The notes under the pieces: model-generated
Databases searched by the model: none
What the model was told of the DNA's origin: nothing
The model's input: the letters and a program-made list of their open reading frames with translations, nothing else
Part shown: one piece after another, positions 7,210 through 15,236 of the stretch
Position numbering within the stretch: the stretch's first letter is position 1
Layout: every line of letters begins with the position of its first letter
Made by a program: the position numbers and the translations under genes
Virus record (IMG/VR): IMGVR_UViG_3300028831_000183
Coordinates: 1-46,835 of that record
Length of the DNA: 46,835 nucleotides
Reading direction: 5' to 3' (one strand)
Source of the DNA: a virus

Positions 7210-9495
7210 ATGGCCTCTATCAACGATTACCTATCACTTGTGCATAAATATACGCCACCTAGCGCTGTTATCGGTCTATCTTCGATTGTGTCAACGCGTG
7301 TACACACACAATGGTTTCAACGTCAACACCTCGGCAAGTTAATCGAAGCAGCACTAGCGATCGGTAATAAGGCAAATGTGTATGTGCGTGTAACACCGCT
7401 AGCGAAACCGCCAAACTACGGACGTGGGTTAGAAAAGCACTCGATTGGATCGAGTGTACTATGGGTAGATTATGACAGTTACGACAATCCATTAAAAGGA
7501 TTGACCGATCTGCAAACGCTTGAAAAACCGCCCACAATGATCGTCAACAGCGGTAACGGCTTGCATGCCTATTGGAGCCTGAAACAATTCGAGACAGACC
7601 TAGACGCGATCAAATCGCGCAACTATGGCCTAATCTCTGCACTAAACAGCGGAAACACGTCAGACATAGCTGACAGCTGCTACGATCTTGCGCGTATCCT
7701 TCGATTGCCAGGCACGTACAACATCAAACGCGACAAGCCCCTTCTCTGCACGGTCGTTGATTACGATCCGTCACGTGTGTACGATCTGTCGGACTTCCCC
7801 GCTGTGTCGTGCCCTGAAAACGCGCTGGAAGTTTGGGATAGCTTACCGCTGCCCGGCGATTTTGCTGAAACGATCAAAGAGCGCGATCCGAAGCTATGGA
7901 AACGTATTTATAGCGATGCAAGCGCTCGCAAGCTCGATATACCCCTAAAAGCGAATGGATCAATCGACCGCAGTAGAAACGATGCATTTATCGCGATCCG
8001 CTTATTAGGACTTGGTTATCCACCCGAAACAATCCTATCTGTGTTGATGCATGATGAGTGGCTATCAGGAGATAAGTACCGCGAAACAAAACGCTACGAT
8101 TACGTAGTTATGACGGTCAATAAAGCCGTTCGATCGTTTAGCACGTCGGAAGATCGCTACTTCATTAAATCCGCATTTCTTGCAAGTAAACTGGTTGACG
8201 ATCTGAGTGCTGCGCATCAATTCATTTTTGTTGCAGAAAGATTATTCCGCTATGATAATGGCGTGTATCTTGCCGATGGCGAACAATGGGTAAAAGCGGA
8301 GATCGTCAAACGCTTGGGCCGCAGGTGGGATAAGCGACATAGCGACGGCGCCGTACGTTACGTTATCGACGGCGCACATACACCGCAAGAGAGTGTTAAT
8401 CAAATCACAGAACACGCAAATGTTCTAAACGGCATGTTGCACCTGCCGACGCTTGAATTACTACCGCATAGTCCGTCCTACCTTTCACTATCGCAAGTTC
8501 CTGTGACGTGGAACCCCGATGCAAATACGTCGGCAATCGACAAATTTGTGTCTGAAATTCTACCAGAAGATGCTATCCCTGTGTTTTGGGAGTTTTTTGG
8601 TAGTGCATTCATTACAGGCCGTTACTTTCCGAAGCATTTCCTTGTGTTGTGCGGTCCTGGTGACACAGGCAAGTCAAAACTACTTGAATTAATGGGCCGC
8701 TTTTATGGCAAGCGCAACATGAGTGCAACGCCGTTTCAGACCCTAGCAGATAATCAATTTGCTGCTGCAAGGCTATTCGGCAAGATGGTCAATCTCTTTA
8801 GCGATCTGTCACAATCGGAAGCCGGTAACGCGGATTTTATCAAAACGTTGACAGGAGACGACGTAATAACAGCCGAACGTAAGTTTAAGGAAGGTTTCGA
8901 ATTTAAATCAACCGCGCGGCTTGCGTTTACTGCTAATCACTTCCCAAAAGTAAAATCACCAGATGAATACTATTTTCGCCGCGCAATGCTTATCTGGTGC
9001 TCCAATCTCTTTGACAGGTCAAAAGCCGATCCCGCAATTGTCGATAAACTTTCGACACCTGAAAACTTTAGCGCGATCCTCTTACGCCTTGTACAAGGCT
9101 GGCAACGTTTGATCGCAAATAACGGCTTATCGGAAGCCGCAAGTATCGCACAAACGAATGCGGAATATCGTTTTCAGGCCGATACTGTTGCTGGTTTTTG
9201 GCATGCATGCCCATTCGATCCTGATGCGTCCGTTGATAAACAAACAGCGTACCAGGTTTATCGACAGGTGTGTCAAGCAGCAAACCGTAAAGAGGTTTCT
9301 GACGACCTATTCTACAAGCGCACAGCAGATATGTTAGAACGTCTTGGCATGCGATCAAGTCACGATATGATCAAACCAGCAACCTTAGATGCGGATCAAG
9401 TACGTCAATGGCGGTATCATGGGCGCAAAATGCCGCAATCAGCAACCCTGACGATTGCGCTCAATCCGCACTTAAACGGACATGGGGGTAACTAA
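7210..9495 (+). CDS. Bifunctional primase-polymerase / D5-P4-type replicative helicase
   Basis: 761 aa. PrimPol motif NSGNGLHAYW and LRLPGTYN in the N-terminal part. Walker A LCGPGDTGKSK in the C-terminal P4/D5-like helicase part. Confidence 0.8.
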   Translation: MASINDYLSLVHKYTPPSAVIGLSSIVSTRVHTQWFQRQHLGKLIEAALAIGNKANVYVRVTPLAKPPNYGRGLEKHSIGSSVLWVDYDSYDNPLKGLTDLQTLEKPPTMIVNSGNGLHAYWSLKQFETDLDAIKSRNYGLISALNSGNTSDIADSCYDLARILRLPGTYNIKRDKPLLCTVVDYDPSRVYDLSDFPAVSCPENALEVWDSLPLPGDFAETIKERDPKLWKRIYSDASARKLDIPLKANGSIDRSRNDAFIAIRLLGLGYPPETILSVLMHDEWLSGDKYRETKRYDYVVMTVNKAVRSFSTSEDRYFIKSAFLASKLVDDLSAAHQFIFVAERLFRYDNGVYLADGEQWVKAEIVKRLGRRWDKRHSDGAVRYVIDGAHTPQESVNQITEHANVLNGMLHLPTLELLPHSPSYLSLSQVPVTWNPDANTSAIDKFVSEILPEDAIPVFWEFFGSAFITGRYFPKHFLVLCGPGDTGKSKLLELMGRFYGKRNMSATPFQTLADNQFAAARLFGKMVNLFSDLSQSEAGNADFIKTLTGDDVITAERKFKEGFEFKSTARLAFTANHFPKVKSPDEYYFRRAMLIWCSNLFDRSKADPAIVDKLSTPENFSAILLRLVQGWQRLIANNGLSEAASIAQTNAEYRFQADTVAGFWHACPFDPDASVDKQTAYQVYRQVCQAANRKEVSDDLFYKRTADMLERLGMRSSHDMIKPATLDADQVRQWRYHGRKMPQSATLTIALNPHLNGHGGN

Positions 9496-9496
9496 A

Positions 9497-9952
9497 ATGT
9501 CAGCAAACAAGAGGCTGTTAGTGTATGGTACGACCATATGCACATGTTGCGACACAATGCAAGAATGCGTTACGCTTGACGCAATCGACTGGCGCTGTGT
9601 TGATAGCGCTGCATGCGCATATCGCATACGAACGCAAGCTAAGAAAGGAAATAATATGATTTCGCTTGATATTATCGCAGGGCGACATTATGCTTGGTTA
9701 TTAGAGATGGGCTATGTGCAAGATACAACGCCGCTCGAAATGTTAACACTTATTGTGTCAGAGATCGGAGAAGCCGCAAACGAGTGTAGATCGCGTAATC
9801 GCGTGCCAAGCGATCGTTTTGGGGAAGAACTAGCAGACATTGTGCTACGTGCGATCGGCATTATGCAGCATTACAATATTCCGATAGAAGAAACGATTAT
9901 CCGCAAGATGGGCACAAACGCAGAAAAGGGCAACAAAGGAAGGACAATATGA
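9497..9952 (+). CDS. MazG-like nucleotide pyrophosphohydrolase, possibly with a Cys-rich N-terminal extension
   Basis: EIGEAANE...EELADIVLRAIG matches the MazG EExxE/ExxD helices. An internal ATG at 9656 has a strong AAGGAAA RBS, so the MazG core may start there. Confidence 0.65.
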   Translation: MSANKRLLVYGTTICTCCDTMQECVTLDAIDWRCVDSAACAYRIRTQAKKGNNMISLDIIAGRHYAWLLEMGYVQDTTPLEMLTLIVSEIGEAANECRSRNRVPSDRFGEELADIVLRAIGIMQHYNIPIEETIIRKMGTNAEKGNKGRTI

Positions 9953-10308
9953 CTATAAACATCACACAAACCGCGCGTATGCCTAATGGAAATATCCTTG
10001 CATGGTTCGATAACGGCTGGTGTAAGGTATTCGAGGAAAATGAATGTACAACCTGCTGGCGCAAGGGCGGAACGCTAGAGCTTGACACAGACGGCGATGG
10101 CGTTTGGGCAATGCTAGTTATACGTTTCGATCCTTGCCCTGACTGTCTTGACAAAGGTTTGTGTCCTGGTTGCGGAAACAAAACGCTCAATATAATAGAG
10201 GAGAATATAGTGGAGCAAACATGTGTTATCTGTGATTGGCAATATAACAGTGACAGATTTTACCCTGAACCAGACTGCGCTTACTGGGATAATCCCTTAG
10301 CACATTAA
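9949..10308 (+). CDS. Hypothetical Cys-rich (zinc-ribbon-like) protein
   Basis: 119 aa. ATGA overlap with the upstream stop. CxxC pairs are present (CTTCW, CPDC, CPGC, CVIC). Confidence 0.5.
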   Translation: MTINITQTARMPNGNILAWFDNGWCKVFEENECTTCWRKGGTLELDTDGDGVWAMLVIRFDPCPDCLDKGLCPGCGNKTLNIIEENIVEQTCVICDWQYNSDRFYPEPDCAYWDNPLAH

Positions 10309-10319
10309 GAGGCATTATC

Positions 10320-10586
10320 ATGGGCACAAAAGAAGTACTCGATTGCCTATGGGCGATGTATCAGGAGAGTTATGCAAAACCGACACATTTTTTGCTCGAT
10401 CCAAGTCTAGTAAACCAGCTGCAACGAGATGGTAATTGGCCCGGTTACCCGATCCGTGTTGATATGACAAACGGTAACGTTACTGTGTTCGGCTTGCCTG
10501 TCCTTCCGGTCCTTGGAAGAAATTACCCCTTTCTAGCAATCGGGCATATCGTCATTGCTGAAGAGACTGTAAAGGATAAACGCTGA
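10320..10586 (+). CDS. Hypothetical protein
   Basis: 88-aa ORF with a GAGG-type RBS upstream. Confidence 0.5.
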   Translation: MGTKEVLDCLWAMYQESYAKPTHFLLDPSLVNQLQRDGNWPGYPIRVDMTNGNVTVFGLPVLPVLGRNYPFLAIGHIVIAEETVKDKR

Positions 10587-10782
10587 AAACGTGTAACGAA
10601 AGGGCGATTTAGGGCATTCTAATCCGGTGACGCTCTGTAAACGCTTTACACGCTCGATCGGCTACTATAGAAACCGCATCAGAAAGCCAAATACGTCCTA
10701 ACCCAATCTAACACAAGACAGGACTAGCCGATCAGCCAACTAGCGGCATCGCTGGCAAGCTCACACAGACCAGGAGACACGC

Positions 10783-11010
10783 ATGAGACTAGCATCTGCT
10801 GAACCGCTCTTGCTCACAAGCTGTGGTTGCCCGCTGGCGTTTGATCTCGTTGACGCTGACAGCCCCAGACCGCAACCGATCGTAGGACGCGCAACGTACA
10901 ACAAATGGCTGTCACGCAAAGGCGAGATTTGGTACGACGTATCCGCGCATATCGACGGACGAACGTACAACGGCTCGATTTGCATTCAAGCTAAAGAAAA
11001 ATTTAACTAA
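10783..11010 (+). CDS. Hypothetical protein
   Basis: 75-aa ORF with an AGGAG RBS 7 nt upstream. Confidence 0.45.
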   Translation: MRLASAEPLLLTSCGCPLAFDLVDADSPRPQPIVGRATYNKWLSRKGEIWYDVSAHIDGRTYNGSICIQAKEKFN

Positions 11011-11039
11011 ATCTTAACCAATATTAGTCAAAATTCCGC

Positions 11040-11068
11040 TTGACGATTTACGCGATCTATGTTAGTAT
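11040..11068 (+). promoter_or_regulatory. Class A promoter: TTGACG-17-TGtTAGTAT
   Basis: -35 at 11040-11045, 17-nt spacer, TG at 11060-11061, and -10 TAGTAT at 11063-11068. It fires into an ORF-free region. Confidence 0.6.
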
Positions 11069-11074
11069 ATGCAA

Positions 11075-11520
11075 AAGCAGAGAATGCGGAAACTACTGAG
11101 GCTGTAGTCAAGGTTGAACCTGAAATAAGCTAAGACCTAAAGGGGCAAGCAAAAGACCACCGCATTCATGATCGCTACCGCGCGAGAGCAAGAGAATGAT
11201 ACTAGGCAAGGTTACGGCCTACCTATATTGCGCAAGCTGTCAAGCACTTGCTCTACAGGCCGCAAGCCTGTGAAATGCAAACCTGATGCTAGGTAAGATA
11301 GTCGGTACTCCGCGATCCCCGCTAGGCGGAAACGTTTCGCGGAAAGCCCGGCCGGTAGCGATCACACCTGTACGTTGTCAGCAGAGATCAGCGCTCGCAT
11401 GGTAGACAAGCGCAATATGCAGTTGCCTTGCATACGTACAGCGCTCGCATCGTAACTATGTAGCATGGACGTGCGATCGGGCTATCATGAGGCAACGAGC
11501 GCTGATCTCTGCTGACAAAT
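11075..11520 (+). ncRNA. Candidate large structured RNA or long structured leader (class unknown)
   Basis: No ORF of 60 aa or more and no RBS-led small ORF. Perfect helices: 11082-11089/11160-11167 (8 bp), 11169-11180/11353-11364 (12 bp), 11185-11192/11247-11254 (8 bp) and 11375-11397/11496-11518 (23 bp), plus several local hairpins. Confidence 0.4.
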
Positions 11521-11551
11521 CAAACATCATTATTTTGAGAAAGGAAAGCAC

Positions 11552-12196
11552 ATGCCGCGCAGAACCCCTACACCAGAAATGGAACCGCCCGATGAGGTTA
11601 TCGGCTCCGATACGCCGCCACAAGAGGAAAATGGCGTCAATCCGCCGCCGTACGATGCAACGTGGGTTACTATCAAAGACGCAGCTGCGCGTGCTGGCGT
11701 CACTGGCCAAACTGTGCGCAACGCTTATCTGAAACACGAGGCGTTCAATGTGGTAGGCGAAACCGACGAAAGCGGCGCCGTACCCATCACACAGCGCTGG
11801 TTTTCCACCTTGATGGTCGATCAGTTTGGCAATGCGACCGACTATCCTGTTGTGTACCTCGATAGTGCTGCCGTTGATGCATGGATTGTAGCCAGGGCAG
11901 ACAAGCCATCTGTCGGCGTACGCAAGCCAAACGATCCGAAGCGCTATATCGTCCGTCTGACCGACGATCAGGCAACCGCGTACAACAATGGCGATTATGC
12001 ACTTGCGTTCGATCTCCCTGAAGGTGGTCGTGTAACACTCGAAACACCGCCGCAGTCGGTGCGCAAGAGCAAGAGCAAGAGCAAGAGCAAGAGCAAGAGC
12101 GCTAGCGCTGATCAGCCGACTGAAACCAATGGACAATCCGCAGAGCAAGTCCCACAAGGCGCATCGCTCTTTGACGTTGATCTAGTCGAAGCATAA
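11552..12196 (+). CDS. HTH DNA-binding protein (MerR/excisionase-like helix) with a (KS)6 tract
   Basis: 214 aa. WVTIKDAAARAGVTGQTVRNAY is a typical Xis/MerR-type HTH. Pro-rich N-terminus and a KSKSKSKSKSKS tract near the C-terminus. RBS GAAAGGAAAG. Confidence 0.6.
   Translation: MPRRTPTPEMEPPDEVIGSDTPPQEENGVNPPPYDATWVTIKDAAARAGVTGQTVRNAYLKHEAFNVVGETDESGAVPITQRWFSTLMVDQFGNATDYPVVYLDSAAVDAWIVARADKPSVGVRKPNDPKRYIVRLTDDQATAYNNGDYALAFDLPEGGRVTLETPPQSVRKSKSKSKSKSKSASADQPTETNGQSAEQVPQGASLFDVDLVEA
12065..12100 (+). repeat. Hexanucleotide tandem repeat (aagagc)x6
   Basis: Six perfect in-frame copies that encode (Lys-Ser)6. Confidence 0.95.
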
Positions 12197-12209
12197 AATC
12201 AAATCAGCG

Positions 12210-12254
12210 AAACGCCTATCACATAATTATTGGCTCTCGTGTGATAGGCGTTTT
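12210..12254 (+). terminator. Intrinsic terminator
   Basis: 14-bp stem, aaacgcctatcaca (12210-12223) with tgtgataggcgttt (12240-12253), running into TTTTgtcttt. Confidence 0.75.
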
Positions 12255-12295
12255 GTCTTTAACCAAATCCTAACGAAATCTTCATATTTTATCCC

Positions 12296-12325
12296 TAGAC
12301 AAAACCTACCTACTCGTGTTATACT
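12296..12325 (+). promoter_or_regulatory. Class B promoter: cTAGACA-N18-TGtTATACT
   Basis: TAGACA at 12296-12301, TG at 12317-12318, TATACT at 12320-12325. About 38/42 identical to the promoter at 27010. Confidence 0.6.
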
Positions 12326-12345
12326 TGCGTTGAAAGTTAATCGTT

Positions 12346-12364
12346 TACCGCGTTAGCGGATCGC
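12346..12364 (+). promoter_or_regulatory. 19-nt 5'-UTR motif taccgcgttagcggatcgc, copy 2
   Basis: Exact repeat of 7173-7191. It ends 19 nt before the ATG at 12384. Confidence 0.5.
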
Positions 12365-12383
12365 TCACACAGGAGCTAATACT

Positions 12384-13349
12384 ATGACAACCCCTCACAA
12401 GCACCGCCAGACCGTTATCGATCGCGCAATTTCCCAGGGCAAGACAATTTCCGATCACGACGTAAGCGTATCGCAAACCTTGAAAGAGGTTGCAATCGAT
12501 TTCGTACGTACGTACCAGGGAACCAATTCCTTTGTGCAGAGCATTGCTATCTATCTAGAGGATCGCGGCTCGCTTTCGCTTGCGCAGATGCGCGGCGCCT
12601 TGAATGTGATGGTAGGGGAGTACAAGGCCGAGCAACGCGTGCGTACGGCGCTAGTAGCTCCCAAATTCACCACGGCAGAGTACACACAGGCGCAAGCGTT
12701 GTACGGCGCTGAGGGACGGTCAGGGATCGATCGGCCCGCGTTCTACGTCGATATGGCAGCGTCAAAACCTCAGAAATCGGTTTACATTACAGAAACCGAT
12801 CCGGTACTGAAGCAAGCCGCATGGGAAGAGCGAAACGGCAAGATCGTACCAAACGGCACTTACACAGTGCCGATCAACAATGCTGGCGAGTATCGCGTGA
12901 TCAAGCTCCAAGATGCGCCTGAGAAATTCAACAAGCCCGCTGGTACGCAAATCGCCAGTTACCAATCAGGTAGCGATAACGAAAGCGACTATACAGGATT
13001 TGCGTTCGTCAACGGCGATCGGTACACCCTTTGGCGAAAATTCTCGCGCGCGCATATAATCGAGCATGCTCTGGTTAAGCTGCTTTCGACAGGCAAGCAT
13101 GCCGAATTTGGACGCTTGTGGGCGATGGAAGCTGGCGCGTGTTTTATCTGTGGTCGCAAGCTAACTGTTCCGATCAGCAAGAAAGCTGGTATCGGCCCAA
13201 TTTGCGCCGCAAACGTCGGTATCGACATTGTAGCACTTGCTACGCTCGCTGGCGACAAGGATCAAGCAATCGAGCAAAACGAACTACGCGACAAGATCGA
13301 TCGGCAAGCGAAAGCGCAAGCCGACATGGACGAACTATTCCCCCAGTAG
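12384..13349 (+). CDS. Hypothetical protein with a DUF6011-like C-terminal Cys motif
   Basis: 321 aa. CFICGRKLTVPISKKAGIGPICA matches the CxxCGRxLT...GIGPxC signature seen in phage DUF6011 proteins. Function unknown. Confidence 0.55.
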   Translation: MTTPHKHRQTVIDRAISQGKTISDHDVSVSQTLKEVAIDFVRTYQGTNSFVQSIAIYLEDRGSLSLAQMRGALNVMVGEYKAEQRVRTALVAPKFTTAEYTQAQALYGAEGRSGIDRPAFYVDMAASKPQKSVYITETDPVLKQAAWEERNGKIVPNGTYTVPINNAGEYRVIKLQDAPEKFNKPAGTQIASYQSGSDNESDYTGFAFVNGDRYTLWRKFSRAHIIEHALVKLLSTGKHAEFGRLWAMEAGACFICGRKLTVPISKKAGIGPICAANVGIDIVALATLAGDKDQAIEQNELRDKIDRQAKAQADMDELFPQ

Positions 13350-13361
13350 ACAAGCATATGT

Positions 13362-13392
13362 GCAGGGCGCTAGCCCGTACCTAGCGCCCTGC
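13362..13392 (+). terminator. GC-rich hairpin, terminator-like but without a U-tract
   Basis: 12-bp perfect stem, gcagggcgctag with ctagcgccctgc, loop cccgtac. Lies 12 nt after the stop at 13349. Confidence 0.45.
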
Positions 13393-13408
13393 TTGAAAGG
13401 ATAATACG

Positions 13409-13591
13409 ATGATAGTCGTTACTTTCTTGATCGTATTATTTTTTCCGCTAGGGTGGGGACCGTTATTTTGCTTATTACTAACTAGCGATCCTAAATACAG
13501 CGGGTATAAGCCGCTTAAGCGGAATGTGTTTTTCTACTTGTGGATTATCCAAGCGATCATTCTTACAGTACTAGTCAGGTACGTACACTAG
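13409..13591 (+). CDS. Small two-TM membrane protein
   Basis: 60 aa with two hydrophobic helices separated by a basic loop. Confidence 0.45.
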   Translation: MIVVTFLIVLFFPLGWGPLFCLLLTSDPKYSGYKPLKRNVFFYLWIIQAIILTVLVRYVH

Positions 13592-13616
13592 CGCCTTGCA
13601 AGAAAGGTAAATAAAC

Positions 13617-13826
13617 ATGGAAACTATACGTATAGATTTAGCTCCGCTTGTAGATCGCGATCTTGAGTACATTATACGCATCGCAGTTAGTAGTAACTCG
13701 TCTGAACTAAAAACAGATAAGACATCACAAACTGCAACGATTACAACGCCGTTAGCCGACATAGCGCAGCAAATTGCACATCGCTTGATAACGTGCGGTA
13801 TTGGTTTTACTTACATACCCCGTTAG
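13617..13826 (+). CDS. Hypothetical protein
   Basis: 69-aa ORF with an AAAGG RBS. Confidence 0.4.
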   Translation: METIRIDLAPLVDRDLEYIIRIAVSSNSSELKTDKTSQTATITTPLADIAQQIAHRLITCGIGFTYIPR

Positions 13827-13849
13827 GGGGATTACACAGGAGTGTTAAC

Positions 13850-14233
13850 ATGCCAGGCATTAGACGCGAAAATTGGAATGGTTCCAATTGGATACGCAAA
13901 GATAAGCGGCTGGCAATTTATCTTCGCGATCAGTTCCGATGTATCTATTGCAATCGCAATCTAGCTAACGTGCCCGCACGCGATCGTACGCTTGATCATG
14001 TGGTTCCAGTAGCAAGCGGCGGCGACAATGAGCCGACAAACCTCGTCACCTGCTGTACTCGATGCAACGAGCGTAAGGGTGACAAGAGCCTATGGGAGCA
14101 AGCAACCGATCCGCAAGTTGTCACGCGTGTCTGTGAAGCACTCGACCGCCCGATCAATCGAGCGCTTGCAAAAGCGATCCTTGACGGCACACTTGATCTA
14201 TCTGATGTGCTACAGAAAGTGAGCGTATCATGA
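13850..14233 (+). CDS. HNH endonuclease (classical HNHc)
   Basis: LDHVVPVASGGDNEPTNLVTCCTRCNERKGDK. The ATG at 13850 has an AGGAG RBS. The track ORF begins earlier, at 13793. Confidence 0.8.
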   Translation: MPGIRRENWNGSNWIRKDKRLAIYLRDQFRCIYCNRNLANVPARDRTLDHVVPVASGGDNEPTNLVTCCTRCNERKGDKSLWEQATDPQVVTRVCEALDRPINRALAKAILDGTLDLSDVLQKVSVS

Positions 14234-14436
14234 AGCTGTTTGTAGTTGAATTTAACGGTGTGTATTTGAGCGGATATGGTCTGATACTTGCACCAGACGA
14301 AGATGCAGCACGCCAGATGATCCCCAAAAACGGACTAGACGGCTACAAGCCAGAGGATAGCATGTCTGTTATCGATATAACTGATAAGCTACGAAAAAGT
14401 GGCGATCGATATTTAATTTGGGACGGCGATTACTAA
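14230..14436 (+). CDS. Hypothetical protein
   Basis: 68 aa. ATGA overlap with the HNH stop. Confidence 0.5.
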   Translation: MKLFVVEFNGVYLSGYGLILAPDEDAARQMIPKNGLDGYKPEDSMSVIDITDKLRKSGDRYLIWDGDY

Positions 14437-14459
14437 GCACAAGAAAGCGAGTAACATAC

Positions 14460-14669
14460 ATGTTCACAGCAATCGTTAACTATGTCAATGCTAGGTGCGA
14501 TCTCGCCGTCATACAGGCTACAGCGCCAAACGACAAACCGCGTGTAGACAGAGCGCTCGCACTTGTGCGCAAGACCGAGCTAGAGCTAGCTCAGTCTATA
14601 GCCGAACGTGATAACGACACAGCAAGCGGGCAGCTTGATCATCTAAGACACTTTCACGGTATCGGTTAA
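14460..14669 (+). CDS. Hypothetical protein
   Basis: 69 aa from the internal ATG. The track start at 14418 overlaps the previous gene. Confidence 0.4.
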   Translation: MFTAIVNYVNARCDLAVIQATAPNDKPRVDRALALVRKTELELAQSIAERDNDTASGQLDHLRHFHGIG

Positions 14670-14706
14670 TTACTGCGTTAGCAGTTTCTCATAGGAGTAA
14701 TGCATC

Positions 14707-15234
14707 ATGTGCCAAGATCGGCGCAAGAACAACCTGGCATACGTCATGCGACTAAAAGCGCAGCTTGCGCACCTGGAACAAGAAAATAAATCGCTCAGTA
14801 TATCACGCTGGTTTGGTTGTCTTAATCGAAACGGGCTAGATAAGGCGCTCGCCAAGCTCGATTTGACTGACACATGGTTGCTATTTCTTGACGTAGATTA
14901 TCTAAAAGCACTCAATAATCGTTTGGGCAAACCGCAAGCGGGCGCATTAATCAAGGCATGCATCAAGCCGCGTAGTGGCGACATTATTGGTACATTCGGT
15001 CAATGGTTTTCCGGTGACGAATTTGCTGGTGTTTTCTGGTCGAAAGCAGATGCAATCGGATATGCGCAGCGTACACAAATGCGTATGCATGCATACGGTA
15101 TTAGTGCTACGTTTGTTATTCTGCCGACAAGCTATCGCGTGACGCCTCACGTGACGCTCGATTATGCTGATGCGCTGTGTAACTACGTCAAGCAAGAGTT
15201 AAAGAAACGCGATTTGATTATCGTATTGGGGTAG
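14707..15234 (+). CDS. Minimal GGDEF-domain nucleotide cyclase (SGDEF variant) with an N-terminal coiled coil
   Basis: 175 aa. GCLNRNGL, LFLDVDYLKALNNRLG, FSGDEFAGVF and ISATFVI line up with GGDEF motifs (TGLxNR, DxDxFKxxND, GGDEF, SxG). AGGAG RBS at 9 nt. Confidence 0.7.
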   Translation: MCQDRRKNNLAYVMRLKAQLAHLEQENKSLSISRWFGCLNRNGLDKALAKLDLTDTWLLFLDVDYLKALNNRLGKPQAGALIKACIKPRSGDIIGTFGQWFSGDEFAGVFWSKADAIGYAQRTQMRMHAYGISATFVILPTSYRVTPHVTLDYADALCNYVKQELKKRDLIIVLG

Positions 15235-15236
15235 AA

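Noticed and set aside
10587-10782. 196-nt gap before the 75-aa ORF, examined for a promoter, tRNA or structured RNA.
   Set aside because: It has only weak features: TTTACA with a -10-like box at a 12-15-nt spacer, and a 6-bp hairpin. Nothing rises above chance.
11330-11365. Resemblance of cgcggaaagcccggccggtagcg to c-di-GMP-I riboswitch elements (GCAAAGCC..CCGGCC..GGUAGCG) and to the RNase P P4 GGAAAGUCCGG.
   Set aside because: Only short word matches are present. The paired P1/P2 hairpins with tetraloop and receptor, and the other RNase P conserved regions, are not present. It is tempting given the GGDEF gene, but unsupported without a covariance-model search.
11456-12157. 233-aa minus-strand ORF with an ALALALALALA tract.
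   Set aside because: It is antisense to the well-supported HTH gene. The Ala-Leu run is just the reverse read of the (AAGAGC)6 repeat. There is no RBS, and it starts inside the non-coding structured region.
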